A stretch of DNA of 64,000 bases from an uncultured bacterium (GCA_963826535.1 CAWGXL010000002.1:30503-94502); one strand, 5' to 3'; numbered from the stretch's first letter, positions 37,801 through 48,564 are shown. The notes: generated by a model from the sequence alone, not told the origin. Program-made: numbers and translations.

Positions 37801-38085
37801 ATGTCAAACGATAATAAGAAAAGTAATAATAAAAGTTCAAGTTTAGCAGTAGGCGCAGCTGGTGTTGTAGCCGGCGCAGCACTCGGCGCAGCAGCAGCAG
37901 CTCTTTCTGACAAGAAGACTCGCAAAAAAGTCATTGACACAGTTAAAACGCTGAAAAAACACGCGCTTGTTGGTGTTAACAAATTGAAGAAAAATGCTGA
38001 ACCTTTGAAAGAAAAAGCACTGAATAGGCTTAGTAATGGGAAGAAAGTAGCTCAAAAACAAGCAACTAAAACAACGAAAAAATAG
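37801..38085 (+). CDS. small Lys-rich protein with an N-terminal Gly/Ala-rich hydrophobic segment
   Basis: 94 aa with a strong SD and promoter. The segment AVGAAGVVAGAALGAAAAALS is followed by a K-rich helical tail. Confidence 0.6.
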   Translation: MSNDNKKSNNKSSSLAVGAAGVVAGAALGAAAAALSDKKTRKKVIDTVKTLKKHALVGVNKLKKNAEPLKEKALNRLSNGKKVAQKQATKTTKK

Positions 38086-38179
38086 AATTCTAAAAAAATT
38101 ATTCTCAGTTTTTGAATAGAATTACCTAAGTTTCCCTATTGCAAACTGTTTTGACCTTCTCATATACTTAAAGTACTAT

Positions 38180-38518
38180 ATGTTCACCCTTATCCTCTTT
38201 GTTATATTAGCTCTTATTTTTGGCTACTTTGCTTCTCAAAATACACAGAATATTACAATAACTCTTGCCAACTATGTCATTACCAGTATTCCACTTTATA
38301 TTGTTATTGGAGTCGCCTTACTTATTGGACTTTCACTATCATGGCTGTATAGCCTTTTAGATTCTTTTTCAGCTGCAATGAAACTAAGAGGAAAAGATAG
38401 CACAATTAAAGATTCAAAGAGGACAATTCATGATCTGACAAAACGGGTCAATCAGTTAGAAATTGAAAACGCTAAACTGAAAGGAAGAAAGGAACAAGCA
38501 GACGATGAATCTTTATGA
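38180..38518 (+). CDS. LapA/DUF1049-family inner-membrane protein
   Basis: 112 aa with two TM helices followed by a coiled-coil tail (…VNQLEIENAKLKGRKEQ…), the typical LapA-domain layout. Confidence 0.5.
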   Translation: MFTLILFVILALIFGYFASQNTQNITITLANYVITSIPLYIVIGVALLIGLSLSWLYSLLDSFSAAMKLRGKDSTIKDSKRTIHDLTKRVNQLEIENAKLKGRKEQADDESL

Positions 38519-39063
38519 AGCCTTTGCTTATCAAAATATGGCGCAAACTTTCTCTCACTAAACTCCTTCAGCTTGCCATAATGCGCTTCACCCAAGACGA
38601 ATTCCTCATTGGAGTTACCGGAGTCATCCTCAATACGAACAATGAGATTCTTGTCTGTAAACACAAATATAGACAACCACCTCATTGGAGTTTGCCCGGA
38701 GGTTACATTAAAGGCAAAGAACATCCGAAAGAAGGATTAGCGCGGGAAGTTGAAGAAGAAACCGGCTTTATTGTGCGTATTGATGAGGAGTTACGGATCA
38801 GAACTGACCGGGAAACAGCACGGCTAGATATTTCTCTTATCGGCAGATACATTGGTGGAGTATTCAGACAGAGTCACGAGGTATCGGAAGCCGGATTTTT
38901 CCCATTTGATAATCTACCGGTATTATCTCAAAATCAACTCATGCTTATAAAAGAAGTATTAGGCAGAAAAGCCAATACACAAGACAGGAAGATAAATCGA
39001 ATACCTAAAAATGACAAACTTTCATTTTGGGAAAAAGTGACTAAGATTATTGAGAGAAGGTAA
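38515..39063 (+). CDS. NUDIX hydrolase
   Basis: Nudix box LPGGYIKGKEHPKEGLAREVEEETGF (GX5EX7REUXEEXGU). Confidence 0.8.
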   Translation: MKPLLIKIWRKLSLTKLLQLAIMRFTQDEFLIGVTGVILNTNNEILVCKHKYRQPPHWSLPGGYIKGKEHPKEGLAREVEEETGFIVRIDEELRIRTDRETARLDISLIGRYIGGVFRQSHEVSEAGFFPFDNLPVLSQNQLMLIKEVLGRKANTQDRKINRIPKNDKLSFWEKVTKIIERR

Positions 39064-39065
39064 TT

Positions 39066-39770
39066 ATGGCTAGAAACTTACTCGATTTCTATAAAAGTTC
39101 TCCTACCGCCCGCCGCTTAGTTGCTGAAATATGCGTAGGAGTTGTCACCGTAACAGTTTGTCTTTTAATCTTTTTAAAATTAATGGGTCATGTCAATGAC
39201 AAAGAGATTATTTTTTTTGATAACTCTATAACTCATTTTATTCATTCGTTTAGTAGTCAAGCAACGCAGGTAATTATGACGACTCTCTCATTTCTTGGTA
39301 GTGAATTCCTTATTATAGCCACAATTATAGTCATGATACTGCTTATACTAAGAAATCACAAGAATGAAGCGCTCGTGTTTTGGACTTTAGTTTTTTTTGG
39401 AACAGTACTGAATCATCTTCTCAAAAACATATTCCAAAGACTTAGGCCAAATGAAGTGTCACTTTTGGAAATATCCTCTTACAGTTTCCCGTCAGGACAT
39501 AGTATGGTCTCTTTTGTTTTTTATATGAGCCTCGCATATATTATTTTCCGTAATACGAGAAACAAAAAAATAGGTATCATACTTTTATTTGTTTTTAGCT
39601 TATTAGTTTTTGGTATTGGCATTAGTAGGGTATATCTTGGAAAACATTACCCAAGTGATTGTATTGCCGGCTTCGCAGCAGGATTAGCATGGTTGTGCCT
39701 GATACTTTTGATTGAAAAAATAGCTATATTCCTGCGTCTTTTTGGCAGGTGGAAATTAAAGAAAAACTAA
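39066..39770 (+). CDS. PAP2-family phosphatase (undecaprenyl-diphosphatase-like)
   Basis: PAP2 motifs KNIFQRLRPNE, FPSGHS and SRVYLGKHYPSD in a 6-TM protein. Confidence 0.8.
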   Translation: MARNLLDFYKSSPTARRLVAEICVGVVTVTVCLLIFLKLMGHVNDKEIIFFDNSITHFIHSFSSQATQVIMTTLSFLGSEFLIIATIIVMILLILRNHKNEALVFWTLVFFGTVLNHLLKNIFQRLRPNEVSLLEISSYSFPSGHSMVSFVFYMSLAYIIFRNTRNKKIGIILLFVFSLLVFGIGISRVYLGKHYPSDCIAGFAAGLAWLCLILLIEKIAIFLRLFGRWKLKKN

Positions 39771-40753
39771 TTATTTGCAGTGTTGCTTCCAATTGTAATT
39801 ATTATATCGGCTTCGCTGGTCGCTCCTGTAGGCGTTTTAACATCTGCGCCCAGAGTATAAGTTTTATTCAACTTTTCTTTTAAATTAATTAAATACTCGG
39901 CGCTTACATTTTTCTTGGCGAAAATTATTGTGTCCGTATAATCGCTGCTATCCGCATTGCCTACGGTACTAACTTTGAATCCATCAGTCACTAGTAATTC
40001 TTTTAATTTCGTAGCTTCTCCGGTTATCCCGCTGCCATTGAGAATTTCTATGCTAAATTCGGCAAGATTTAATACTTTTGCTGTGGGCGAAGGCGTACTC
40101 GTGGGTTTAGGAGTGGGTGAGGCTGCAATTGGTTTGGAGAAGAAGAATATACCGGCCGACATTCCGGCATTTGGCAGGAAAAAGTTCAATGCAGCCATGC
40201 TTAATAATCCAACTACAAATGAAATTATTGCAATAAGCCAAAAATATCCCAACATATTTTTCTTTACTTCTTTTTCCACAATATATGTATCACCACCGAG
40301 TGTTGCATTTGTGGAGTCAGATGGTTGCTCTGAACCGGTAGGAATTACCTTTTGTTCTTCAATATTTTCTTCTTTCGTTGTTTCAGATACTGAGGGGGTA
40401 TCTGCTATTGTATCTGAATTCTGAGTTATTGGTATTAGTTGATCTTGACCTGCATTTGGCGTAGTCTTATTTTCTTTCTCACCTGTCTGTGCTGGATTTG
40501 GTGACTTACTAGTCGATTCATCTTTTTGTTCAGGGCCCTTTTCTTTTGAAGGTGAAGGATTTACTTGTACCTCTTCTGATTGTGTCTCTAGTATAATCTC
40601 TACAGAATTTTCGATCTTTTCTTCTTTTTCAACTTCTGGTTTCTTAGTTGGTGGTTTTACTCCTTGCCTGCCGGCAGGCAGGTTGGCTTCAGTTTTAGGC
40701 GGATCCAGTTTTCTACCAAATTTTACAGCCTTTGCTCTTTTTTTTATTTGCAT
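39767..40753 (-). CDS. membrane-anchored LytR_C (LytR/CpsA/Psr C-terminal) domain protein with long disordered Lys/Glu/Pro-rich N-terminus
   Basis: A TM segment (YFWLIAIISFVVGLLSMAALNFFL) precedes a C-terminal ...FSIEILNGSGITGEATKLKELLVTDGFKVSTVGNADSSDYTDTIIFAKKN module typical of LytR_C. Confidence 0.55.
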   Translation of the reverse strand: MQIKKRAKAVKFGRKLDPPKTEANLPAGRQGVKPPTKKPEVEKEEKIENSVEIILETQSEEVQVNPSPSKEKGPEQKDESTSKSPNPAQTGEKENKTTPNAGQDQLIPITQNSDTIADTPSVSETTKEENIEEQKVIPTGSEQPSDSTNATLGGDTYIVEKEVKKNMLGYFWLIAIISFVVGLLSMAALNFFLPNAGMSAGIFFFSKPIAASPTPKPTSTPSPTAKVLNLAEFSIEILNGSGITGEATKLKELLVTDGFKVSTVGNADSSDYTDTIIFAKKNVSAEYLINLKEKLNKTYTLGADVKTPTGATSEADIIITIGSNTANN

Positions 40754-40781
40754 ATGCTTCCTCCGGTATCCTTATTTAATG

Positions 40782-41348
40782 CTATATAGAGTGTTTTGTC
40801 AAATTTTTGAATATATATTTTACAGTCTGCTTCTTAAACAGGAAATATAGGAAATTTGCAAAAAGCCCGAATAATATTGTAAGAGATATCATCGATGGCG
40901 AAGTGAGTATTTCTATGGCAGCGCTGCCGACTTTTTCCAGGCTAACAATCATATCCCATGAATTCACACGATGCACACGGCCGAGAACTATACCAAAGCC
41001 AATAAGAAAATTAATGCCAATTATTAAACCAGGGTGTCTAAGCATTTTTTCAATCGGATAAAGCGAAAAAATATAGGTTATAAACCCTACTATAAAAAGT
41101 ACCGTATATTGGAATACTATAATTACAGCCAAAAATGGAGTTACCTTGTCTATTATTCTTATAAAATGCAGGATGTCTGTAAATACGTAAATTGTATTTG
41201 GCACAAAAAGCAACCAGGCAATAAAAATAAATATTTTCAGGATCTTGTTTTTTTCCGTGTAAAATAACCAACCAAGAAATACAGGTATAAGCGCAAGGAG
41301 TATATTGAACGTCATCCAAGTGAAATTATGGTTAAGAATCTCGTACAT
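40782..41348 (-). CDS. polytopic membrane protein (DUF1361-like?)
   Basis: 188 aa with about 5 TM helices. The N-terminus ...NILLALIPVFLGW... resembles the DUF1361 start. Assignment is weak. Confidence 0.4.
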   Translation of the reverse strand: MYEILNHNFTWMTFNILLALIPVFLGWLFYTEKNKILKIFIFIAWLLFVPNTIYVFTDILHFIRIIDKVTPFLAVIIVFQYTVLFIVGFITYIFSLYPIEKMLRHPGLIIGINFLIGFGIVLGRVHRVNSWDMIVSLEKVGSAAIEILTSPSMISLTILFGLFANFLYFLFKKQTVKYIFKNLTKHSI

Positions 41349-41425
41349 TTAATTAGTATACAGTATTATCTCAAAACTCAAAACTCTTGCGTAGATTCTA
41401 ATATTTAGACTATAATATCTGTCTC

Positions 41426-42358
41426 ATGCTGATTATTACAGGCACAGTTGCTTATGATTATATAATGAATTTTCCCGGAATGTTCTCCGATCATATCCTT
41501 GCAGGAAAAGAACATAAAATTAATTTATCATTTATCGTGAATACATTCGCAAAAAGACGCGGTGGTACTGCTGGAAATGTGTCTTATAGCCTGGGACTTT
41601 TAGAAACTGAACATTTATTATTCACAGCTGCCGGCCGCGATTTTGCGGAATATAAAAAGGCATTGCGCAGACAAGGTATTGACACAAAATATATTTTCAT
41701 AGATAAAAATAATTATACCTCTACAGGTTTTGCCTTAACCGATAAAACAGACAATCAAATTTGGGGGTATTTTTACGGTGCTGCAGATAGAATAGAGGAA
41801 TTGAAGCTAAAAAAAGTCGCAAAAAAAGGAGACTTTGTTCTAATCGGGCCTTCAGGCTCTAGCAGTACTATGTCAATTGTAAGACAGTGTATAGATCTAA
41901 GCCTTCAATACATGTTTGATCCGGGTTTCATATTGACCCAGATCAAAACACAAGATCTAAGGCTGGGAGTGAAGCATGCAACTTATATAATCGGGAATGA
42001 TTATGAAATAAATTCTATACAAAGCAGGCTTACAGACTTTAAGACCTTAGTGAAAGGGAAAACGGTTATCACGACTTTAGGCCAAAAAGGAGCCTTGATA
42101 GAGCGGGATGGTGAAAAAATTTCTATAGCTGCCGTTCAAGTCAAAGACGCACAAGACCCGACCGGAGCCGGAGACGCATGGCGGGCAGGTTTTTTGGCAG
42201 GACTTTCCCGAAATTTCGATTTGCGCACTTGCGGACAACTTGGATCAGTTACCTCAGCTTATGCAGTTGTTAACTATGGAACACAGGAGCATAAGTTTAG
42301 TAAAAGAACGTTTGCGCAAAGATATAAAGATACGTATAATACAGAGATTAAACTTTAA
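41426..42358 (+). CDS. PfkB-family carbohydrate/nucleoside kinase (possible adenosine kinase, given the adjacent ahcY)
   Basis: PfkB signature 2 DPTGAGDAWRAGFLAGL and a ribokinase-like fold of 310 aa. Confidence 0.65.
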   Translation: MLIITGTVAYDYIMNFPGMFSDHILAGKEHKINLSFIVNTFAKRRGGTAGNVSYSLGLLETEHLLFTAAGRDFAEYKKALRRQGIDTKYIFIDKNNYTSTGFALTDKTDNQIWGYFYGAADRIEELKLKKVAKKGDFVLIGPSGSSSTMSIVRQCIDLSLQYMFDPGFILTQIKTQDLRLGVKHATYIIGNDYEINSIQSRLTDFKTLVKGKTVITTLGQKGALIERDGEKISIAAVQVKDAQDPTGAGDAWRAGFLAGLSRNFDLRTCGQLGSVTSAYAVVNYGTQEHKFSKRTFAQRYKDTYNTEIKL

Positions 42359-42369
42359 TTATAGGTAAA

Positions 42370-43647
42370 ATGACTAAAAATATTGCGTGCGACATTAAAG
42401 ATATTAAACTTGCCGGAGAAGGCAAATTGAAAATCGAATGGGCTTCCCAGCAAATGCAGGTTCTGGAAACAATTAAGAAACGTTTCGCAATAGAGAAGCC
42501 ATTTCAAGGAATTACTATAGCCGCGTGTCTTCATATTACAAGTGAAACTGCTAATTTATTAATTACATTACAAGCAGGAGGAGCGAAAATAGTAGCCTGC
42601 GCTTCAAATCCACTTTCTACACAAGACAGCGTTGCAGCAGCGCTCGTCAAGCACAAAAATATACCTGTCTTTGCCGTTAAAGGCGAAGACAATCAAACAT
42701 ACTTCAAACACTTAAATCAGGTTTTGGATTATAAACCTAATATAACTATGGACGATGGCGGAGATCTCATTCACGCTTTACATACAGATAGAAAAGAATT
42801 ATTAATAAATATCATCGGCTCATCGGAGGAAACAACAACAGGCGTTATCCGCTTGAAGGCAATGGAGAAAAAAAACGCCTTGAAGGTACCGGTTATCGCA
42901 GTAAATGATTCGGAAACTAAGCATTTATTTGATAATCGTTATGGAACCGGACAGTCAACAATTGATGGCATTATACGCGCTACAAATGTATTGCTCGCAG
43001 GAAAGGTGTTTGTTGTATGTGGGTATGGATGGTGTGGCAGAGGTGTTGCATCCAGGGCCCGTGGTATGGGGGCGGATGTTATTGTCACCGAAGTTGATCC
43101 TATTAAAGCGTTGGAAGCAGCGATGGATGGGTTTACAGTGAAAACGCTTGAGTCGGCTGTCGCGCATGGCCGTGCGGATATTATTGTTACTGTAACCGGG
43201 AATAAACATGTTATTACTGTTGCGCTTATGGAAAAAATGAAAGACGGTACGATTATCGCAAATGCCGGCCATTTTGATGTTGAGATTGACATTGATGGAC
43301 TGGAAAAAATCAAAAAATCAAAGAGACACTTGCGGCTGTCCCTTCAAGAGTATGTTTTACCAAACGAGAATAAATTATATATTCTTGCTGAGGGAAGGCT
43401 TGTAAATTTATCAGCAGCAGAAGGTCATCCTGCTGAAGTTATGGATATGTCATTTGCAAACCAGGCACTTGCAGCTGAAATACTTATTAAAGAAAAAGGT
43501 ACACTTACAAATAGCGTATATGTCTTACCACAAGCTATTGACAGCATGGTCGCAGGCCTTAAACTGAAAGCAATGGGAATAAGCATAGATACATTAACAC
43601 AAGCACAAAAAACATACCTATCTTCCTGGACCGAGGGGACGAAATAA
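42370..43647 (+). CDS. ahcY: adenosylhomocysteinase (short, archaeal-type ~425 aa form)
   Basis: NAD-binding GYGWCGRGVA motif and SAHH N-terminal substrate domain motifs (…TAHLL…, …DDGGDL…). Confidence 0.85.
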   Translation: MTKNIACDIKDIKLAGEGKLKIEWASQQMQVLETIKKRFAIEKPFQGITIAACLHITSETANLLITLQAGGAKIVACASNPLSTQDSVAAALVKHKNIPVFAVKGEDNQTYFKHLNQVLDYKPNITMDDGGDLIHALHTDRKELLINIIGSSEETTTGVIRLKAMEKKNALKVPVIAVNDSETKHLFDNRYGTGQSTIDGIIRATNVLLAGKVFVVCGYGWCGRGVASRARGMGADVIVTEVDPIKALEAAMDGFTVKTLESAVAHGRADIIVTVTGNKHVITVALMEKMKDGTIIANAGHFDVEIDIDGLEKIKKSKRHLRLSLQEYVLPNENKLYILAEGRLVNLSAAEGHPAEVMDMSFANQALAAEILIKEKGTLTNSVYVLPQAIDSMVAGLKLKAMGISIDTLTQAQKTYLSSWTEGTK

Positions 43648-43750
43648 TCAAAACCTCAAGTTGCTCGTTTTATTCAATTTAAGTCAGAAACTCTTGCTTT
43701 TAATTCAGGCATACAGTATAATAACTATCCTATAATATTAGAGTTTATTT

Positions 43751-45313
43751 ATGACAAAACAAGAAGGACAGCCAACTCGTATAAGAGGAAACCGTATCGA
43801 GTCAGAAAGGAAACGACCACCAATATTGGCTCTATTTTCGAATCGTTTACCAAAAAAAATTGAACATGGAGTTGTAAAGGATGCTGATGGAGGACTTACT
43901 GTAGTAACCAAACCTGTATTGCACCAAAAAAGCATAGAAGGGTTCGATGTTCGATGGTACGGATGGGCAGGAACCTATGACCACACAGGAGTTCAGGATG
44001 CATTTGATAAGTATTCCAGTCAAGACTCTGCATATACAGGACAAAAAGGTTATATTAAATATTGTCCAATAGTTTTTAATTTAAAAGAACATAACATGAT
44101 GTATAAAATTGCAAGTGAAACGCTCTGGTCTTTGGCGCATGAGCCTATAAATCCTAGGCGGGAGGACCTAAAGAAAAGCAATTTAAATAATTTGAAATAC
44201 TACTTTGACTACTATGTTACTACAGGTGATACCGCAGCAATGGAAATGAATAAGGAAGTTGGAGGTTTTCAATCAGGTGATATGCTGAGAGTTGATGATT
44301 TTCATGCATATACGGTAGGCCGTTCATTGGACAAAGTACTTAAATCAAAGGGAGTAAATGTCTCCAAGAGCTTTCAGCATCATATACCATGGTACGAACC
44401 TGAAAATTTTAAATTATTAGGAGCAGCCGGAGTTGATATCTTAGAAGCGATGACCCATTATGATTTGGTTTCGCTACAAAGAAAAGGTGATGTAGATAAA
44501 TTTATTAATTGTTTAGTAAATTATCTTCCGGGAGTTAATATTGATATTAACAGAGAGGGTATGTTTGTTAAATATCAAGGCAGAAGAACTAAACTTGTTA
44601 ATCATTTGGTTGGTGTGGACATAGATGATATTAAGCGGCAGGCTACTGGCCATAAAGTCGAGAGGGCTTCTGAGATATTTATTAGGGAAAACAAGGATAA
44701 AAGGACTGGAATTAACTTAAGTAGGATGGATCATACAAAAAGAATTGAGAAAACATTGATAGCATATGACAGGGCTTTTGAATTAGACCCGGCATTAACA
44801 GATATGCGACATACTTTACATTTAGCCGCCTCAGAAAGCAGAGAAGGCCTACCTGCTATTAGAAAATTACGGAGCATCGTTGAGATGGAGGTCGAAAGAG
44901 TGAATAAGCGAGGAAGCGGAAACTGGAAGCCGGTGGTTTATCATTCAAAGGGGTTGCATGATGCTCGTAAGTGGGGATACTTTAAAGAAGCAGATGATAC
45001 TTTAATCTTTCCTTATGACGGCCGCAATGTCGTATATGATGAAAGAATTATTGTAGGAAAATTAACACAAGCCATAGGCATGAGCAGAACTGCAGGATCT
45101 GCTGATTTATATAGTGACAAGAGTGTTATAAAAGTAACCGATCCTGATGATATAGAAGAAGTTGCGCATGCAATAGTAAGAGTAGCAACAATGCCTGATA
45201 ATGAAAGGCTTGATAGGATGAAGAGAGCACGCGCAGAGCTTAAAGAATATACTGTTTTTGATTATTCTGATGCATTCTTTAACGATTGGAATTCAATGAG
45301 GCAGCAAAAATAA
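43751..45313 (+). CDS. GT20-family glycosyltransferase (trehalose-6-phosphate synthase OtsA-like)
   Basis: Co-linear with E. coli OtsA: ALFSNRLP...GGLTVV...WYGWAG vs VVVSNRIA...GGLAVG...WFGWSG. Also RVDDFHAYTVGRSL...GVNVSKSFQHHIPWYEPENF vs IWIHDYHLLPFAHELRKRGVNNRIGFFLHIPFPTPEIF, and HYDLVSLQRKGDVDKFINCL vs DYDLLGFQTENDRLAFLDCL. Confidence 0.6.
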   Translation: MTKQEGQPTRIRGNRIESERKRPPILALFSNRLPKKIEHGVVKDADGGLTVVTKPVLHQKSIEGFDVRWYGWAGTYDHTGVQDAFDKYSSQDSAYTGQKGYIKYCPIVFNLKEHNMMYKIASETLWSLAHEPINPRREDLKKSNLNNLKYYFDYYVTTGDTAAMEMNKEVGGFQSGDMLRVDDFHAYTVGRSLDKVLKSKGVNVSKSFQHHIPWYEPENFKLLGAAGVDILEAMTHYDLVSLQRKGDVDKFINCLVNYLPGVNIDINREGMFVKYQGRRTKLVNHLVGVDIDDIKRQATGHKVERASEIFIRENKDKRTGINLSRMDHTKRIEKTLIAYDRAFELDPALTDMRHTLHLAASESREGLPAIRKLRSIVEMEVERVNKRGSGNWKPVVYHSKGLHDARKWGYFKEADDTLIFPYDGRNVVYDERIIVGKLTQAIGMSRTAGSADLYSDKSVIKVTDPDDIEEVAHAIVRVATMPDNERLDRMKRARAELKEYTVFDYSDAFFNDWNSMRQQK

Positions 45314-45898
45314 AATGGGCAAAGAATTTTATCAGCACTCTTAAGACTTTGTAAAAAAAGAGGTTATCACTTTACTCCATTACTATGCACTCTAATTCTA
45401 TACCCTGTTGTATCAGTGGGTCCTTTAAATGAACGTCTAGTAGGTTTTCCATCCAAAATATAAATAGTTTCCCTACGCCCTCCTTCTACGCTTCTTCCAT
45501 CTACGCGTTGCTCCTCACCCCTAGTCCTGCTTTCCCGAACGACCCAATCTTCACGTTCCAGCATTGCCATATTAAAAGTTTAACACAACAATTAATTATC
45601 CGCTTGACATTTATATAACATTTTATGCTATTTTTACATACTTAAAGTTTTTGACATAAATCGTACTGCTATTATGTTCAGCAATTGATTGGCACCTAGA
45701 TTTACTGATAAATTGAATAGTTAAAAAATATATGAAGTAAATAAATCTCCATTTTCAATTTTAGCCTATGTCAGCAAGCTTATTATTGTTCGGTTTATGT
45801 CAGAAAACTGTATGAGGTAAGTCAAGCGTTGAATTTTGGGATTATAGATTTAGACGAAACCTAGTGCACTAAAATGTCCTTAGCGCAAAAAGTAAAAT

Positions 45899-46798
45899 TT
45901 ATTTGTTCTTAAAAATTCTATGTACTGTTTCTAGAAAGACAGCAACGCCATCATTTTTCATGCTTGGAGCAATAAAATCAGCTTGTTCTTCGAGTATCTT
46001 TACTACTGAACCATCATCTTTTCTTACTGCTACATTAACTCCACATGCTTCAAAAAGAGGTATATCGTTTGGCCCATCACCAATTCCTAGAAGTCTTTCT
46101 GGAGGAATATTAACAAGTTCTGAAATTTCCATTACGGCATGATATTTTGTTGCGTCGCGATGAGTGATATGTATACCTTCGCGATGATCTTGTCCGGGAG
46201 GGAGGATAACCCTATGGGCTGCAATATCATTATAAGCTTTAAGCTCTTCCATTAATGACTTGGCATATGCTTCCGGTATTGCATCAATGACAATAATATA
46301 CGGATATTGAGGTTTGTAATTAGGATCTAATGGGTCAAAATCCTCGCCATTATCCTGTATCCATAATTTTCCTCCACTTTCTGTTGTAGGTATTATTAGC
46401 TTTCTGCATAAATCCAGTGCCACTCCCTTATTAATCGGGTGATTGCTTATTATTTTCCCTGATTCGGCATCAACAATTTCTGCTCCGCCGCTATTTACTT
46501 GTGGGCCTTTCAGCCCTAAGAACCTAATCAAATGTTCTGTTTTATACCGTGGGCTATTTGTGATAATAGAAACAGCAGAATTTTCAGGTCCTCTTTCGCG
46601 CCTCCAAGTGTTAAATGCACCTCTTACACGATCAGATGGGGGGTTACTTGTTCCGCTTTCTCTTAATGTCCCGTCTACATCACTTATTATTCCTCGATTT
46701 GAGGCTAATTTCTTTAATACGTCACTTTCCAACGTCCCTCCAGCTTCTTTTGCGCTTTGTCGTATTACCCTTAATTTATCTGGCATCTCTCTTTCCAT
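45899..46798 (-). CDS. HAD-IIB (Cof/OtsB-type) sugar-phosphate phosphatase
   Basis: HAD motif I ISDVDGTL and motif IV GIGDGPNDIPLFEACG. It is divergently adjacent to the GT20 gene. Confidence 0.65.
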   Translation of the reverse strand: MEREMPDKLRVIRQSAKEAGGTLESDVLKKLASNRGIISDVDGTLRESGTSNPPSDRVRGAFNTWRRERGPENSAVSIITNSPRYKTEHLIRFLGLKGPQVNSGGAEIVDAESGKIISNHPINKGVALDLCRKLIIPTTESGGKLWIQDNGEDFDPLDPNYKPQYPYIIVIDAIPEAYAKSLMEELKAYNDIAAHRVILPPGQDHREGIHITHRDATKYHAVMEISELVNIPPERLLGIGDGPNDIPLFEACGVNVAVRKDDGSVVKILEEQADFIAPSMKNDGVAVFLETVHRIFKNK

Positions 46799-47181
46799 TG
46801 GCGAAGTATAACATAAAAGCGCATAGTCGTCAACAAACTATAGGTCTGTAATATTAAGTATATGTACGAATTGAGCTTGCAGGTGATTTTGTGTTTATTT
46901 GTGCTGTGTAAATATATTGGTACCATTAATTTGAACTATAAAATTGATAGACCTTCCCATATTACAAGATAATAAGTGAAAAGGTAAAAGTCAAATAAAT
47001 TTTTTTATAATATCAATTCTAAAGAAAAAAGATTTATTTTCTCCTGTACAGTTGAGCAAATCTAACGTTGAGGCTAAATGTCAGCTTCACGTCATAATAA
47101 GGATTAGGACAGAGTCATGCAATAAGCTTATGGCTATGATATTATCAATTCCGTAAAGTTAGTTTTACTAACTATTTATCT

Positions 47182-48564
47182 ATGGAAAATAAAAAACCTA
47201 TAGGAATAGAGGATCGAAATTTTCAAAGCCCACAAGGAATGTTAACCCGTCAAGGATCCGAAATTCAAAGCGGGCAAGATGTTGTTCCTAACAGAAGAGT
47301 GTCCGCTATTTTTCAAAATGGTTTTACCCCCCCTCCTGCTGAAAGAGAGACCTTACGTAGAAACGGAGAAGTAACAAGGCAAACTGTAAGAGCAGTATTC
47401 AGCGAGAAGCCACTTTCTAAGTTAAGAAAAATGTCACCTATTGAAAGAGCCGACTATGTTAAAGAAATTTCCGAGAGAGAACAGGAAAAAAGATGGGAGC
47501 TAACTACAGGTGTTAAGCCTGAAAACTCTCGTTATATTCTTGCATGTCCAATATATAATGAAACACGAATGGGTCCCTCTGTACTCCCTATTGCACATGC
47601 ACTTGCAGATGTTCCAAAAAGAGCTCGAGTAGATCACGTATATGTTACCAACAGATGTACCGATGGAAGTGAGGAAATGGTTAGGAGATTTATGGGTACA
47701 TTAGGTAAGGTCGAGCATGATCTTCCTGTTAACGACTTAGGGGGTTTTTCTTTTGATCCGCAACTAGATCCAACATTTAGCATGGTAGAGGTAGGAAATC
47801 AAAAACATATCCATCTCAATACAAAAACTGGAGGTAAAGCAAATGTATTAAGAATAATCACTGAAATGGCAGTTGATCAAAAAGTCCCAATTGTGATGTC
47901 TCATGACGGTAATGTTACACTTCTGCCTGATGGGCCAATGAAATTGTTTGCTCAAGCGCATAGATCATTTGTACGAAGAGAAAATGATGCAGTAGTCATG
48001 AGTCATAAAGCTCTCGACTACTTCAGTCCTAATGTAACTGATCCTCTTTTGAGAGGAACCGGCCTAACCCCAAGGGAAATTATGCCGTTTGGTTTTCTGA
48101 TTCCTAAAGAACATAAAACAGAAGGCAAGTTCTTTGCATGGGATCCGGAATTCTATTCTGACAGACTCGGACACGGCATTCCGCCTTCAAAATTAGACGA
48201 TGTGGTTATGGGAAAACAAGCAGAAAGATATGGAAAAAAATTTTTGCACTTGGACAGCGTTATGTCATATGCATGGGGTCCTCCTACAATAGAGGGTAGA
48301 AGGCAGTCATTGCAAAGATATACAGCAGGTTACCTCCAATTTGGAAATGGGCTGAATTTGAGAGGGCAAAGTCCTGAGTTACAGTTTTTTGAAGATGAAT
48401 CTTACAGAATAAGGGTTTTAACTGATTATATGACAAGAAATAAGCTTGAACATTTTTTACCTTTAACTTTAACAATGTGGGAAGATGCTATTGAAAAAGG
48501 TCATGCAGATTACACTGCAGATCCACATAATTCTGCATTTGAGGGCATTGAAGGGGCAAAATAG
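47182..48564 (+). CDS. GT-A fold glycosyltransferase (glucosyl/mannosyl-3-phosphoglycerate synthase-like)
   Basis: GT2-like order of motifs ILACPIYNE (PxYNE), TDGSEEMV (DxS/TxD-like), TKTGGKANVL (GKGxA-like) and SHDGN. It has a ~100-aa N-terminal extension with no TM. Confidence 0.4.
   Translation: MENKKPIGIEDRNFQSPQGMLTRQGSEIQSGQDVVPNRRVSAIFQNGFTPPPAERETLRRNGEVTRQTVRAVFSEKPLSKLRKMSPIERADYVKEISEREQEKRWELTTGVKPENSRYILACPIYNETRMGPSVLPIAHALADVPKRARVDHVYVTNRCTDGSEEMVRRFMGTLGKVEHDLPVNDLGGFSFDPQLDPTFSMVEVGNQKHIHLNTKTGGKANVLRIITEMAVDQKVPIVMSHDGNVTLLPDGPMKLFAQAHRSFVRRENDAVVMSHKALDYFSPNVTDPLLRGTGLTPREIMPFGFLIPKEHKTEGKFFAWDPEFYSDRLGHGIPPSKLDDVVMGKQAERYGKKFLHLDSVMSYAWGPPTIEGRRQSLQRYTAGYLQFGNGLNLRGQSPELQFFEDESYRIRVLTDYMTRNKLEHFLPLTLTMWEDAIEKGHADYTADPHNSAFEGIEGAK

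Noticed and set aside
45367-45570. 67-aa minus-strand ORF (Arg/Glu-rich) in the 586-bp gap after the GT20 gene
   Set aside because: It has no RBS or promoter, unusual composition and no motif. It could be a real small gene, but I cannot support it. The region is better treated as a long AT-rich intergenic or regulatory region.
46812-47181. Possible ncRNA in the 370-bp divergent intergenic region between the HAD phosphatase and the GT-A gene
   Set aside because: I see no conserved structure, promoter/terminator pair or recognisable RNA motif. It is most simply two divergent promoters and leaders.
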